Part shown: positions 9,800-20,269 of the stretch, in pieces
Layout: every line of letters begins with the position of its first letter
Position numbering within the stretch: the first letter of the stretch is position 1
Origin: Patescibacteria group bacterium
GTDB taxonomy: Bacteria; Patescibacteriota; UBA1384; XYA2-FULL-43-10; 1-14-0-10-43-13
Assembly: GCA_041674765.1 (NCBI GenBank)
Contig: JBAYVE010000003.1
Span: forward strand, 66,040-130,039
DNA length: 64,000 nt
Reading direction: 5' to 3'
Program-made: the position numbers and the translations under genes
The notes under the pieces: generated by a model
Databases searched by the model: none
Seen by the model: only the letters and a program-made list of their open reading frames with translations
What the model was told of the DNA's origin: nothing

Positions 9800-10447
9800 T
9801 TATTTAATGAATTCTTCGATATTAAAGACTCTTTCGCCCTTGTAAACCCAGACCTTGACGCCAATAATTCCATAAGTGGTAAGAGCAGTCAAGTATTTAT
9901 AATCAATATCAGACTTAAATGTTGAGAGAGGCACAGTACCGTAGATAAGCTTCTCTGTCCGTGCGATGTCGGCACCATTTAATCTACCTGCGACCTGAAC
10001 CTTTATTCCTTTTACACCAGCTGCTTTTGCTTTTTCGATAGACTGCTTCATTGCTCTCTTGAACGGAATACGTTTTTCAATTTGAGAAGCAATATTTTGC
10101 GCTACAATTGCGGCATCAGAATCAGGCTTCTTGATCTCAATGATGTTAATCTGAATCTTCTCTTTGATGAATGTAGCAAGAAATTTCTTCAATTCCTCGG
10201 TACCCGCACCGCCACGGCCAATGACAACACCGGGGCGACCTGAGTAGATATCGATCGAAACCTTATTTGCATCTCGGCTGATAATAATTTTTGAGATTGA
10301 GGCATCTTTGAGCCGTTTTTCAAGAGCACGTCGAATCTGCACATCCTGAATAAGCGATTCGCTATAATTTGTCCGTCCAAACCATTTGGACTGCCACAAC
10401 TCATTTATTTTCAACCGGATAGATTTTGGGTTAACTTTTTGTCCCAT
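9800..10447 (-). CDS. rpsC: 30S ribosomal protein S3.
   Basis: MGQKVNPKSIRL start, KH and S3-C domains, 215 aa. Confidence 0.93.
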   Translation of the reverse strand: MGQKVNPKSIRLKINELWQSKWFGRTNYSESLIQDVQIRRALEKRLKDASISKIIISRDANKVSIDIYSGRPGVVIGRGGAGTEELKKFLATFIKEKIQINIIEIKKPDSDAAIVAQNIASQIEKRIPFKRAMKQSIEKAKAAGVKGIKVQVAGRLNGADIARTEKLIYGTVPLSTFKSDIDYKYLTALTTYGIIGVKVWVYKGERVFNIEEFIK

Positions 10448-10851
10448 TATTCTGCTTTCTTATCCTTGTTATTGCTTTTAATATCTTCTGACTTTTTAGC
10501 TTCTGTTTTCTTCAAAGGTTCTTCGACTGATTCCAGTGTTAAAACTATATGTGAAAGTCTCTTTGTGATTCTACGAGCCTGACCCTTTGACCAAGGAATA
10601 ATCCTTTTCAAACGTGGACCTTCGTTGCAATAAATACTCTTAATTACTACCTGATTTGGCTCAAAGTAATTCTCCTTTGCGGCAGCGATGCCGGACTTAA
10701 CCAAATTGTGAAGCAATGGTGCAGACTTTTTATTTACAAACTGAAGATTGATTTTTGCTTGATCTGCTGTCATCCCACGGAGACCATGTAAAACAGGCCG
10801 GACCTTCCGGGGTGAAATTCTCAAATATGTTGTTTTAACTGTAAATTCCAT
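10447..10851 (-). CDS. rplV: 50S ribosomal protein L22.
   Basis: 134 aa, in order, with a K/E-rich tail. Confidence 0.9.
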   Translation of the reverse strand: MEFTVKTTYLRISPRKVRPVLHGLRGMTADQAKINLQFVNKKSAPLLHNLVKSGIAAAKENYFEPNQVVIKSIYCNEGPRLKRIIPWSKGQARRITKRLSHIVLTLESVEEPLKKTEAKKSEDIKSNNKDKKAE

Positions 10852-10895
10852 AATAACCTAATATCTAATTGGTCTAATTGATCGAATCAAAGGAA
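10852..10895 (-). promoter_or_regulatory. Copy 3 of the conserved leader motif (TTCGATCAATTAGACCAATTAGATATTAGGTTATT-ATG) upstream of rplV.
   Basis: Sequence match. The intergenic gap between rpsS and rplV is about 90 nt. Confidence 0.5.
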
Positions 10896-10938
10896 TTTCT
10901 CTATTAGATTTATTCGCTTGATTCGACATTCGGTTGTC

Positions 10939-11226
10939 TTATTTACCCTTTGCTTGTTCCTTGGCCATCTTACCACCATGACTTCTAAACTTTCGCGTCG
11001 GTGAAAATTCACCTAGTTTATGTCCAACCATCTCTTCAACAACAAACACCGGTAGATGATCCTTACCATTGTGGACGCCGAAGTTAACTCCAACCATTTC
11101 AGGCACTATCGTGCAACTTCTTGCCCATGTCTTGATTGGTTTTTTGTCTCCTGATTGTGCTGCTTTTTGGACCTTCATCAACAGTTTCTCATCAACGAAA
11201 GGGCCTTTTTTAAGTGATCTAGACAT
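10939..11226 (-). CDS. rpsS: 30S ribosomal protein S19.
   Basis: [15 protein letters not shown] start, 95 aa. Confidence 0.93.
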   Translation of the reverse strand: MSRSLKKGPFVDEKLLMKVQKAAQSGDKKPIKTWARSCTIVPEMVGVNFGVHNGKDHLPVFVVEEMVGHKLGEFSPTRKFRSHGGKMAKEQAKGK

Positions 11227-11233
11227 AATCCTA

Positions 11234-12064
11234 CTATTTCTTTCTTCTGCTAATTATGAGGCCCGAACTTGACTTCTTCTTGTTTCTGGTTCTTCGGCCA
11301 AGAGCTGGAGCGCCCCAAGGTGTCTTTGGATATTTCATACCGATTGGTGAATGTCCTTCACCACCACCATGTGGGTGGTCGACCGGATTCTTTGATTTAC
11401 CCAAAACTGTCGGTTTTACACCAAGGTGACGGACTCGGCCGGCCTTGCCATAAACGACTTTGGAGTGATCAACATTTGAAACAACTCCTAAAGATGCAAA
11501 ATTCTGCGACCGGATTTTTCTAACTTCACCAGAAGTTAGGCGAATCAATGCAAAGTCTCCATCGAGACCGAGCATTGTTGCAAAAGTTCCGGCGCTACGG
11601 CAGATTTGTCCACCTTTACCAGTTGTCAATTCAATATTATAAATTTGAGTTGCGGGAGGAATATTTTTAAGTTGCATTCTGTTGCCAAGACGAATTGGGG
11701 CATTTTCATCACAGATAATTGTCTGAGCTTTTTTTAAATTTTCAGGAGCGATCATATAGATTTTGCTGCCGTCTTCATATGAGATCAGAGCAATATTTGC
11801 AGTTCTGTTCGGATCGTACTCAATAGCCTTGACGATACCTTTTTTGCCAAGAAAACCAGTCATTGAGAAATCAACAATACGGTATCTTCTCTTGGCTCCG
11901 CCACCTTTGTGAGCAGTTAGAATTCTACCGTCTGATCCTCTTCCTACACCTCTTTTAATACCAAAGGTTAGAGACTTCTCCGGACTCTTCTTTTCAATAT
12001 CGAAAACCTGGAAGGACATTTTCCTTCTAGCATTGGTTGTCGGTTTTGTTTTGATTATTGTCAT
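11234..12064 (-). CDS. rplB: 50S ribosomal protein L2.
   Basis: 276 aa with a GRNxxGxITxRHRGGGHK-like core ([11 protein letters not shown]) and PHGGGEG. Confidence 0.93.
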   Translation of the reverse strand: MTIIKTKPTTNARRKMSFQVFDIEKKSPEKSLTFGIKRGVGRGSDGRILTAHKGGGAKRRYRIVDFSMTGFLGKKGIVKAIEYDPNRTANIALISYEDGSKIYMIAPENLKKAQTIICDENAPIRLGNRMQLKNIPPATQIYNIELTTGKGGQICRSAGTFATMLGLDGDFALIRLTSGEVRKIRSQNFASLGVVSNVDHSKVVYGKAGRVRHLGVKPTVLGKSKNPVDHPHGGGEGHSPIGMKYPKTPWGAPALGRRTRNKKKSSSGLIISRRKK

Positions 12065-12138
12065 ATGTAATAATGCTAAAGGCTAAATTAAACGAAATAA
12101 CGAAATTATATTTTTAGTTATTTAGTTTATTTTCGTTT

Positions 12139-12537
12139 TTAGCGTGCCTTATTTCTTACCTTAACTGTTGTATCTTTGTCTTCTTTTTGAGCCTCAGCCT
12201 TCTGGCTCTTCTTTTCTGCCTTGGCTTTTTCACTCTTTGCAGGCTTTGTTTCTTCTTTCTCAATCTCGAAGAGGTCAATCTTCTCACCCTTTCTGAGCGT
12301 CACAATGGCCTTCTTGAAATCTGACCGCTTTCCGGAACCCTTCTTTGTCCGCTTGATCTTACCTTTGAAGATGGCAGCATCAACATGTTCGACATGAACA
12401 CCGAAAAGTTCTTCTAAACAGGCGGCAACTTCTTCCTTGGTTGATTTTTTGTCAACAATAAAGGTGAATTTGCCAGCGGCAGCCTCTTTGAAACTCTTTT
12501 CTGTAATTACAGCTTTTTTTAAAATACTTGTGTTCAT
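12139..12537 (-). CDS. rplW: 50S ribosomal protein L23 with a K/E/A-rich C-terminal extension. The start is taken at the Met that gives the canonical MNTSILKKAVITEKS N-terminus; the track ORF begins 36 nt upstream and overlaps rplD.
   Basis: L23 N-terminal motif, in the canonical position. Confidence 0.85.
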   Translation of the reverse strand: MNTSILKKAVITEKSFKEAAAGKFTFIVDKKSTKEEVAACLEELFGVHVEHVDAAIFKGKIKRTKKGSGKRSDFKKAIVTLRKGEKIDLFEIEKEETKPAKSEKAKAEKKSQKAEAQKEDKDTTVKVRNKAR

Positions 12538-12541
12538 ATGA

Positions 12542-13165
12542 CTATTTGTTATAAATCTCTTTAAGCTGATCAAGTGAACTCTCAGAAATAACGATCTTAT
12601 CAGTTGAGATAATGTTTAATATATCCAGCTTCATCGGTGTCATCAGATTAATCCCGGCGATATTTCCGAAAGCTCTTCTGGCATTCTCGTCTTTTTCGCT
12701 AAACAATAAGGCCACTTTACCTTCTGCCTTCACGTTTGACAAAATGTTGACAGCATTCTTCGTTTTTGGGTCATCGATAGCCAGAGTATCGAGGACAACC
12801 GCTTTCTTATCACTGAAAGCTTCGCCAAGACAAGCAAGGATTGCTTTTCTCTTCAGACTCTTGTTGATGCGAATCCGAAAATTCTGATCGCTAGTAGGGC
12901 CGAAAGTTACGCCGCCGCCAACCCAAAGAGGCGATCTGGTGGAACCCTGACGTGCACGGCCAGTACCTTTTTGTTTGAACGGTTTCTTGCCGCCGCCGGA
13001 AACTTCGCTACGGTCCTTGGTGTTGGCAACAGGACCACGAAGAGCATTCCGCAGGTAATTTATGTATAAAGTTAAAGCTTTATCGGATATTTTGGCATCA
13101 AAAGCTTGATCTAGTGTTAGATCTTTGACTTTTTCGCCTTTTTGATTTAAAACTTCAACTTTCAT
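12542..13165 (-). CDS. rplD: 50S ribosomal protein L4.
   Basis: 207 aa in the L3-L4-L23 order. Confidence 0.9.
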   Translation of the reverse strand: MKVEVLNQKGEKVKDLTLDQAFDAKISDKALTLYINYLRNALRGPVANTKDRSEVSGGGKKPFKQKGTGRARQGSTRSPLWVGGGVTFGPTSDQNFRIRINKSLKRKAILACLGEAFSDKKAVVLDTLAIDDPKTKNAVNILSNVKAEGKVALLFSEKDENARRAFGNIAGINLMTPMKLDILNIISTDKIVISESSLDQLKEIYNK

Positions 13166-13170
13166 ATAAA

Positions 13171-13767
13171 CTACTCGCTTGCTTCTGCTGATTTTTTAGC
13201 TGATTTAGAGAAAATCCGAACAATTGATTTGTTGGGGCCGGGAATTGCACCTGAGACAAGAATGATATCTTTGTCTATGTCTATAACCTTCAGATTTTTG
13301 ACTGTTACCTTCAAATCACCCATATGGCCTGGCATACGTCTGCCTTTGACAACTCTCTCTGGAAAGCCGCCGCCGATAGACCCTGGCTCTCTCACATTGT
13401 TGCTACCGTGAGATTCAGGACCTCTGTGAAAGCCATGTCTTTTGATAGTACCGGCAAAACCTTTGCCTTTGCTTGTACCCTCGACCTCGACTTTTTCGCC
13501 TGCTTCAAACTGACCTAAAGTGATTTTTTCGCCTACCTTGTAGTCACCAGGGGTCTCAATGCGAAATTCAACAATTTTTGCAATTTTTGAATTCTCTTTG
13601 CTGTCTTTTGATGCCTTTACCTGCACGGCGTTGTAGCCATTCTTCTCAATGGTTCTGATTTCAGACACAAAACATGGCAGAGCTTGTACTTTTACTACAG
13701 CAATGCTTTTTCCGTCAGCGTCGAAGACGCGTGTCATGCCTAATTTTCTGCCTAAAATAAATTTCAT
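13171..13767 (-). CDS. rplC: 50S ribosomal protein L3. The start is taken at the ATG that gives MKFILGRKLGMTRVF; the track ORF begins at a TTG 15 nt upstream.
   Basis: L3 N-terminal GxKxGMT motif, in the canonical position. Confidence 0.9.
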   Translation of the reverse strand: MKFILGRKLGMTRVFDADGKSIAVVKVQALPCFVSEIRTIEKNGYNAVQVKASKDSKENSKIAKIVEFRIETPGDYKVGEKITLGQFEAGEKVEVEGTSKGKGFAGTIKRHGFHRGPESHGSNNVREPGSIGGGFPERVVKGRRMPGHMGDLKVTVKNLKVIDIDKDIILVSGAIPGPNKSIVRIFSKSAKKSAEASE

Positions 13768-13782
13768 ACAAACCGATAACAA

Positions 13783-14406
13783 ATTATATTAGTGTACAGA
13801 TAGCGATCTAACCTCGTCCAAGAACTTAAGTTATTAAATTCTTGGAAAGATGGGAACACGGTAGCGGTATATGCTCCGTGTTCCCCGAAACCAAGGTATC
13901 TGACCGCAATTGGCGGATTAGTGCGATAAGATACCTCAGGGGTGGCAAAAGAAAAGTGTTAAGACACACGCAATCCCAAGTGAGAGAAGGATTACCTGTG
14001 CAGAGCCGATACTCTCCAGTGGCACACCCCACAGACAATCTCAAGTGAGAAAGAAAGATCGTCTGTGTTGACCTAAAAATTTTTGTTTTCAATACAAGCT
14101 GAACATATTGTTGAGCTCTGATAGAAGGTGTTTCCTTTGTATCAAGGCTCAAACGAATAAATAGCCGTAGATCACATTCGACAGACTGTAGTCTTCTGAA
14201 AGAAAACGAGCCGGGTCGAAGGATATCCATGACCTGTTAATGAGATAACAAATTTATCTATCAACAAGTAATAATCTAACCTATTTTGGAACGAAAGTCA
14301 ACGGTCACCACCAGCTGAAAGCTGAAAGCCAAAAGCCTAAGGGAATAAACTGAATTTTCTTTAAGCTTTTGGACTTTATGCTTTTAACTAGTCAATCGAA
14401 GATTGA
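13783..14406. other. Spacer of about 620 bp between rpsJ and rplC with locally raised GC and many stem-loops; no credible ORF.
   Basis: rpsJ and rplC are normally adjacent. Hairpins such as GGAACACGG..CCGTGTTCC, GGTATCT..AGATACC and TAGTCAATC-GAA-GATTGACTA are visible. The ORFs in the six-frame track here have implausible L/R/S-rich composition. Confidence 0.5.
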
Positions 14407-14730
14407 CTACATCTTTATCTCAATGTCGACGCCGTGAGGCAAATCGAGGCTCATTAAGCTATCGATTGTCTTTGGGGTCGGGTTTACAATATCGATAAGT
14501 CGCTTGTGTGTTCGCATTTCAAACTGCTCTCTGGCATCCTTGTGGACATGGGTAGATTTTAGAACAGTAATCTTGTCCTTCTCTGTTGGCAGAGGAATGG
14601 GACCTGCGACGGTTGCACCTGAGCGGACTGCAGTCTCGATAATCTGTTGAGCAGATTTGTCAATAATCCGGTGATCGTACGCTTTTAGCCGTATCCGAAT
14701 TTTTTGTTTAGCTTGTGCTTTTTCAGCCAT
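14407..14730 (-). CDS. rpsJ: 30S ribosomal protein S10.
   Basis: 107 aa with a [17 protein letters not shown] motif, immediately after tuf. Confidence 0.93.
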   Translation of the reverse strand: MAEKAQAKQKIRIRLKAYDHRIIDKSAQQIIETAVRSGATVAGPIPLPTEKDKITVLKSTHVHKDAREQFEMRTHKRLIDIVNPTPKTIDSLMSLDLPHGVDIEIKM

Positions 14731-14745
14731 AATAATATTTACTGC

Positions 14746-15921
14746 TTACTTTATGATTTTTGTTACGACACCGGCTCCGACAGTTCTACCACCCTCACGG
14801 ATAGCAAACTTGAGACCTTCGTCCATAGCGATAGGTTGGATCAGGGCAACCTTGATGTTGGTGTTATCACCAGGCATGATCATTTCTTGTTCGAAAACAA
14901 TATCACCAGTAACATCGGTTGTTCTAATATAGAACTGAGGTTTGTATCCCTTGAAGAATGGGGTGTGTCTTCCACCCTCTTCTTTGGTCAATGCGTAAAC
15001 TTCAGCTTCAAACTCTGTATGAGGAGTAATAGAACCTGGCTTGGCTAAAACCTGACCACGTTCGATATCTTCACGCTCTATACCACGAAGCAACAAACCA
15101 ACGTTGTCACCAGCTTGACCTTGCTCGAGCTGTTTCTTGAACATCTCGACGCCGGTTACGACCGTGCTAGAAGTTTTTCTGATACCGACGATTTCTACAG
15201 TATCACCGATTTTGACAATACCCTGCCCTATTCTACCAGTGGCAACTGTACCACGACCTTTGATTGAGAAAACATCTTCAATCGGCATAAGAAAAGGCTT
15301 ATCAAGATCACGTTTTGGTTCTGGAATAGAAGCATCAACAGCATCCATAAGTTCGTCAATTGACTTCTCCCATTTATCATCACCCTCGAGGGCTTTCAAA
15401 GCTGAACCACGGATGATTGGAGCGTTGTCGCCATCAAATTTGTATTTGGTCAAAAGTTCACGAACTTCCATCTCAACGAGATCAATGAGCTCGGGATCAT
15501 CAACCATATCGCACTTGTTCAAATAAACTACGATTGCTGGTACACCGATCTGATTTGCAAGAAGAATGTGCTCGCGTGTCTGAGGCATAGGGCCATCGGT
15601 CGCAGCAACTACAAGAATTGCGCCGTCCATTTGAGCAGCACCGGTAATCATGTTTTTGACGTAGTCAGCATGCCCTGGACAGTCAACGTGAGCATAGTGT
15701 CTGTTGGCTGTTTCGTACTCTTGGTGAGAAGTAGCGATAGTGATACCGCGCTCTTTTTCTTCTGGAGCGTTGTCGATATCCTCAAATTTTTTCTCTACAG
15801 CTAATCCTTTTTTCGCAAGCACGTGTGTGATTGCAGCTGTTAAAGTGGTCTTACCATGGTCAACGTGACCGATAGTACCAATGTTTACATGTGGCTTAGT
15901 TCGTTTGAATACTTCTGCCAT
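14746..15921 (-). CDS. tuf: Elongation factor Tu.
   Basis: [25 protein letters not shown], 391 aa. Confidence 0.97.
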   Translation of the reverse strand: MAEVFKRTKPHVNIGTIGHVDHGKTTLTAAITHVLAKKGLAVEKKFEDIDNAPEEKERGITIATSHQEYETANRHYAHVDCPGHADYVKNMITGAAQMDGAILVVAATDGPMPQTREHILLANQIGVPAIVVYLNKCDMVDDPELIDLVEMEVRELLTKYKFDGDNAPIIRGSALKALEGDDKWEKSIDELMDAVDASIPEPKRDLDKPFLMPIEDVFSIKGRGTVATGRIGQGIVKIGDTVEIVGIRKTSSTVVTGVEMFKKQLEQGQAGDNVGLLLRGIEREDIERGQVLAKPGSITPHTEFEAEVYALTKEEGGRHTPFFKGYKPQFYIRTTDVTGDIVFEQEMIMPGDNTNIKVALIQPIAMDEGLKFAIREGGRTVGAGVVTKIIK

Positions 15922-16092
15922 TTGAAACTCCTATTAATAATTTTCAATTTATTTAACTAATTCTAGCAAACTATAACAAAATTCGGGTCTTAATGCAAGA
16001 GGAAATTAATACTAAAAGCGAAAGGTTACGAAATATACGAAATAGAAGTTTTCGTAATTTTGGTTAGCCGAAGGCTTTTCGTCTTTCGTATG

Positions 16093-18174
16093 TTATTTGC
16101 TTCTTTTCTCAATGATTTCTTTTGCAACGTTACCTGGGACTTCGGCATAATGGTCGAATTCCATCGCATATGAGGCCCGTCCCTGTGACATTGATCGCAG
16201 ACTGGTGGAATAACCAAACATGGAGGCAAGCGGAACAAATGCGTTGATACGCTTGATGCCATTTGGTAGGTCTTCCATCTGGTTGATCTGACCGCGCTTG
16301 GCGTTCAAATCACCGATGATATCACCCATGAAGTCCTCAGGGGTAGTCGCTTCGACCTTCATAATTGGCTCCAGAATTACAGGATTTGCCTTCTTGAAAC
16401 CATCTTGAAATGCCATCGAACCGGCAATTTTGAAGGCCATTTCAGAAGAGTCAACCTCGTGGAAGCTACCGTCGTAAACCTCAACAGAGACGTCGACTAC
16501 TGGATACCCGGCGATTACACCACGATCAAGTGCCTCTTTGATACCAGCTTCGATAGGATTGATGTACTCTTTTGGAATTGCTCCACCGACGATCGAATTA
16601 ATGAAAGTAAAGCCGACACCGGATTCGTTTGGCTTGATGCGAAGCAGACAATGCCCATATTGTCCCCGTCCACCGGTCTGCCTGATATATTTTCCTTCTG
16701 AAGTAACTTCATTTCGGATTGTTTCACGGAAAGCTACTTGAGGAGCACCAACGTTCGCTTCGACTTTGAATTCTCTCTTCATTCTGTCGACAATAATCTC
16801 AAGATGCAGTTCACCCATTCCGGCGATGATGGTCTGGCCAGTCTCTTCATTTGATTTGACCCGAAATGTTGGATCTTCCTCAGCCAATCTTTGGAGTGCA
16901 ATGCCCATCTTCTCTTGGTCAGCCTTTGTTTTCGGCTCGATCGCAATATCGATAACTGGTTCAGGGAAGGTAATCTTTTCGAGAATGACTGGCTTGGCTG
17001 GGTCGCAAAGAGTATCGCCAGTGGTTGTGTTGGAAAGTCCGACTGCTGCAGCAATTTCACCTGCGTATACCTCGTCAACCTCTTCCCTGTGGTTAGCGTG
17101 AAGACGGACAACCCGTCCGATGCGCTCTTTTTCATCTGCAGTGGCATTATAAATATATGATCCCTTTTTGAGAACACCGCGGTAGACACGGAAGAAGATC
17201 AACTTACCGACAAACGGATCGGTTGCAACCTTAAAAGCTAGGGCCGCAAATGGCTCATCGTCCGTCGATTTGACATCAATGTCCTCGCCGGTCTTTGGAT
17301 CGATGCCGCGAGCAGGAAGAACATCAAGTGGAGAAGGCAAATAACTCACAATTGAATCAAGCAGTGAAGCAACGATGATGCCACGGCCGTCCCCGCCCAA
17401 GACAGGATAGAATTTGCTGGAGAGACAGGCTTTTCTGATAAGTTCCTTCAATTCAGCATTAGTAACAGCTTCGCCGCCGAGATATTTTTCCATCATTGCG
17501 TCATCATATTCGACAACGCTTTCAACCAATTTTTCACGCCACTCATTGGCTTTTTCAACCATATCAGCCGGAATTTCACCTTCGGTGAGAGCATGATCCT
17601 TATATTCTTTATAGGTATAAGCTTTCATATTCACGAGGTCAACGACACCATTGATAGACTGCTCGAAACCAATTGGAATCATGATCGGTGTAGCATTTTT
17701 TGAAAGTCGTTGATGAATAGATTCAAGAGATCGATAAAAATCACCACCAGTCTGATTGATTTTGTTGATAAAGCACATTCTTGGCACCTTGTAGGTATCG
17801 GCTTGACGCCAAACAGTCTCAGACTGAGGTTCTACACCCATTTTGCCGTCAAAGATAACAACAGCACCATCAAGTACACGAAGAGAACGCTCGACTTCAA
17901 CTGTGAAATCTACGTGTCCGGGAGTATCAATAATGTTTATCCGGTGATCTTTCCAGAAACAGGTGGTGGCAGCCGAAGTGATAGTGATGCCGCGTTCGCG
18001 CTCCTGCTCCATCCAGTCCATAGTGGCCGCACCTTCATGAACTTCGCCGATTTTGTGGACACGGCCAGAAGTGTAGAGAATTCCTTCTGTCACGGTAGTT
18101 TTACCAGCATCAATGTGTGCAATTGTTCCAATATTCCGAACTTTTTCTAGAGGGTAATCTCTTCCCATAGTCAA
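16093..18174 (-). CDS. fusA: Elongation factor G.
   Basis: [22 protein letters not shown], 693 aa, in the str operon. Confidence 0.97.
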   Translation of the reverse strand: MTMGRDYPLEKVRNIGTIAHIDAGKTTVTEGILYTSGRVHKIGEVHEGAATMDWMEQERERGITITSAATTCFWKDHRINIIDTPGHVDFTVEVERSLRVLDGAVVIFDGKMGVEPQSETVWRQADTYKVPRMCFINKINQTGGDFYRSLESIHQRLSKNATPIMIPIGFEQSINGVVDLVNMKAYTYKEYKDHALTEGEIPADMVEKANEWREKLVESVVEYDDAMMEKYLGGEAVTNAELKELIRKACLSSKFYPVLGGDGRGIIVASLLDSIVSYLPSPLDVLPARGIDPKTGEDIDVKSTDDEPFAALAFKVATDPFVGKLIFFRVYRGVLKKGSYIYNATADEKERIGRVVRLHANHREEVDEVYAGEIAAAVGLSNTTTGDTLCDPAKPVILEKITFPEPVIDIAIEPKTKADQEKMGIALQRLAEEDPTFRVKSNEETGQTIIAGMGELHLEIIVDRMKREFKVEANVGAPQVAFRETIRNEVTSEGKYIRQTGGRGQYGHCLLRIKPNESGVGFTFINSIVGGAIPKEYINPIEAGIKEALDRGVIAGYPVVDVSVEVYDGSFHEVDSSEMAFKIAGSMAFQDGFKKANPVILEPIMKVEATTPEDFMGDIIGDLNAKRGQINQMEDLPNGIKRINAFVPLASMFGYSTSLRSMSQGRASYAMEFDHYAEVPGNVAKEIIEKRSK

Positions 18175-18330
18175 TTTCCTAAAAAATAATTAAATAATCA
18201 TTTCGAGCTCAATAAAGACGCAGCTGATCTGTTTTGTATCAAATTAAAAATCCCCCCAATTTCAAGGATAATGATAACATTTTTAGCCGCTTACTGTCAA
18301 CGGCTTTTATAGATATTTATTTTTGGTATC

Positions 18331-18359
18331 TTGACAAATACTTACTATGGTTATATATT
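18331..18359 (+). promoter_or_regulatory. Sigma-70-like promoter (TTGACA, 17 nt, TATATT) for the lipoprotein gene.
   Basis: Consensus -35 and a near-consensus -10 with a 17-nt spacer, about 45 nt upstream of the GGGAGGG ribosome-binding site. Confidence 0.6.
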
Positions 18360-18404
18360 TGCCGGTTGCTCTTTTTAATTCAAGATTGAGCACGGGAGGG
18401 TAGT

Positions 18405-19082
18405 ATGTACGGTTCCAAAACGCTTCTGGCGTTGATCGCACTGGCACTCTTGATGTCAGGGTGCAGCCAACATGTGAAGATCGGCCTCAACGGCATCCAC
18501 GTTGATGAACTTGAGACCCAATGGGTCACGTTCGATGCTTCAACCAAGCTTGTGACGGTCCATTTTCATCCGGATAATTCCGGTATCGAGATCAGCGCCG
18601 GGCTAGAAAGTCCGACCTATGGCCACGGATCGGTTTATATCCATGATGATGTGTTTGATGAAGGCATACATCACAGCAACGGCATTGTCCAATCTCATTT
18701 TACCGATGTTTACTGGTCGAATGGGCCGAATAATGTTGTGCCCGGGAACGCGACCGTAACTGTCTATGTCCGTCAGTTCAAGGACAACGATGTTCTCTAT
18801 TCGACTTGGCAGGGGCAAAGCGGCTCACTCGCAACCAGAGGCACGACAGAGACCACACTTAAAGAGTGCTGCTGCTATTTCACCGTTGTGGAGACACCGG
18901 AGGCCAAAGATGAACAGGGTAAAGTCATCCGACCGGCGATACGGAAAGAAGTCATTCTGCAGGACGGTCGCCGGTATGAACGCGGTGAGTTCCACGAGAT
19001 CGATTCAGCTATCCTTGACGCAATGCATACGGATAAACGAATTCCCGAGGTAATGTTGGATGATTGGAAGCAGATCCAGTAG
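18405..19082 (+). CDS. Predicted lipoprotein (lipobox LMSGC), inserted on the opposite strand between fusA and rpsG. It is GC-rich relative to its flanks.
   Basis: Signal peptide plus lipobox, 225 aa, roughly 50% GC locally against about 40% nearby, with its own promoter and terminator. Confidence 0.75.
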   Translation: MYGSKTLLALIALALLMSGCSQHVKIGLNGIHVDELETQWVTFDASTKLVTVHFHPDNSGIEISAGLESPTYGHGSVYIHDDVFDEGIHHSNGIVQSHFTDVYWSNGPNNVVPGNATVTVYVRQFKDNDVLYSTWQGQSGSLATRGTTETTLKECCCYFTVVETPEAKDEQGKVIRPAIRKEVILQDGRRYERGEFHEIDSAILDAMHTDKRIPEVMLDDWKQIQ

Positions 19083-19103
19083 TTTAAGCGTTTGACAAGG
19101 TCC

Positions 19104-19147
19104 GCGGTCAGGTTGGCATAGAGGATGTCACCCTGACCGCTTTTTTA
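19104..19147 (+). terminator. Intrinsic terminator GCGGTCAGG...CCTGACCGC followed by TTTTTT.
   Basis: Read from the sequence, directly after the lipoprotein stop. Confidence 0.75.
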
Positions 19148-19185
19148 TCTCTATCTTTCGTCAGCAATACCTTTTAAAATTCATA

Positions 19186-19217
19186 CTAAAAAACGGCCTT
19201 TTGGACCGTTTTTTAGT
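19186..19217. terminator. Bidirectional hairpin CTAAAAAACGGCC..GGACCGTTTTTTAG; terminates the rpsL-rpsG transcript.
   Basis: Stem with flanking A and T runs, 75 nt downstream of the rpsG stop. Confidence 0.65.
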
Positions 19218-19290
19218 ATATATAGCTTTATATTTAGTAGGTTCTTCGTTACACCCCATCTAACTTCCCCTTAAAGATGGGGGGGAACCG

Positions 19291-19767
19291 TTAAAATCGT
19301 GCGAAATGAGCAAAAGCCTTGTTTGCTTCCGCCATCCGATGAGTATCTTCCTTCTTCTTGATAGCGGAACCTTCACCGTTGTAGGCATTTATCATCTCAA
19401 AAGCCAATTTATCCGCCATCGGTTTGCCTTTACCGGCCTTAGCTGCAGCAATGATCCATCTCATCGCAAGAGTGTTTTTGCGCTCTCGTCCGACTTCCAT
19501 TGGTACCTGGTAGTTGGCGCCGCCGATTCTCTTGCTCTTAACCTCGACTATTGGTCCAACATTCTTCAATACCTGGTCGAATACATCCATCGCAGGAGCA
19601 TTCAAAGTCTCGGCAGATTTTTCCAGAGCTTGGTAGACAATTCTCGTAGCAACAGTTTTCTTGCCGTTTACCATGATATAGTTGATAAATTTGGTTATAG
19701 CAGGATTGCCATATTTACTATCGGCTGGAATTTCAATTTTCTTGATTTTTGCGTTTCCTCTTGGCAT
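19291..19767 (-). CDS. rpsG: 30S ribosomal protein S7.
   Basis: 158 aa, MPRGNAKIKK start, in the str operon. Confidence 0.93.
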   Translation of the reverse strand: MPRGNAKIKKIEIPADSKYGNPAITKFINYIMVNGKKTVATRIVYQALEKSAETLNAPAMDVFDQVLKNVGPIVEVKSKRIGGANYQVPMEVGRERKNTLAMRWIIAAAKAGKGKPMADKLAFEMINAYNGEGSAIKKKEDTHRMAEANKAFAHFARF

Positions 19768-19855
19768 ATTTTTTTTCGTATTAGGTATTTGGTAGTAAGT
19801 ATTAGGTCAACAATGTAATTATGCGACTGCATAATACCTACCACATAATACAGGT

Positions 19856-20269
19856 TTATTCGTTTGCTCTCTTCGCGCCATACTTGCTGCGAGCCTTTTT
19901 CCGTCCTTTGACACCAGCAAGATCAAGCTTGCCACGGACAATGTGGTATCTCATACCAGGAAGGTCTTTAACACGGCCGCCTCTAATCATAACAACTGAG
20001 TGTTCCTGGAGGCCATGGCCTTCGCCACCGATATAAGCGTTTACCTCATATCCATTTGTAAGACGAACTCTCGCAAATTTACGAAGAGCTGAGTTTGGTT
20101 TCTTCGGGGTCATAGTACCAACTTTGATGCAGACTCCCCTCTTTTGGGGGCATCCCAATTTAACCGGTCTGTTTGACAAGTAATTGAATGTAGTTTTCAA
20201 AGCAGTGGTCTTCGACTTTTTGACCACGCTTTTTCTTGGTTTTCGAACTAATTGGTTTATTGTTGGCAT
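19856..20269 (-). CDS. rpsL: 30S ribosomal protein S12.
   Basis: 137 aa with [13 protein letters not shown] and [10 protein letters not shown]. Confidence 0.95.
   Translation of the reverse strand: MPTINQLVRKPRKSVVKKSKTTALKTTFNYLSNRPVKLGCPQKRGVCIKVGTMTPKKPNSALRKFARVRLTNGYEVNAYIGGEGHGLQEHSVVMIRGGRVKDLPGMRYHIVRGKLDLAGVKGRKKARSKYGAKRANE

Noticed and set aside
12538-12573. A 12-codon N-terminal extension of rplW overlapping rplD.
   Set aside because: The canonical L23 N-terminus begins at the internal Met (MNTSILKKAVITEKS), and the extension would overlap the L4 stop. It is probably an ORF-finder artefact.
13826-14230. A 134-aa minus-strand ORF and a 68-aa plus-strand ORF in the rpsJ-rplC spacer.
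   Set aside because: They have L/R/S-rich low-complexity translations and no ribosome-binding sites, and they overlap a region that is better explained as structured RNA. I also tried by eye to match RNase P conserved blocks (GGAAAGUCCGGGCUCC, AGGGUGAAA..GGUAAGAGCGCACC) and the tmRNA 3' end (GCUCCACCA) and found no convincing match.
16026-16262. A 78-aa ORF overlapping the fusA 3' end, and other small ORFs within fusA and tuf.
   Set aside because: These are shadow ORFs inside well-supported EF-G and EF-Tu genes.
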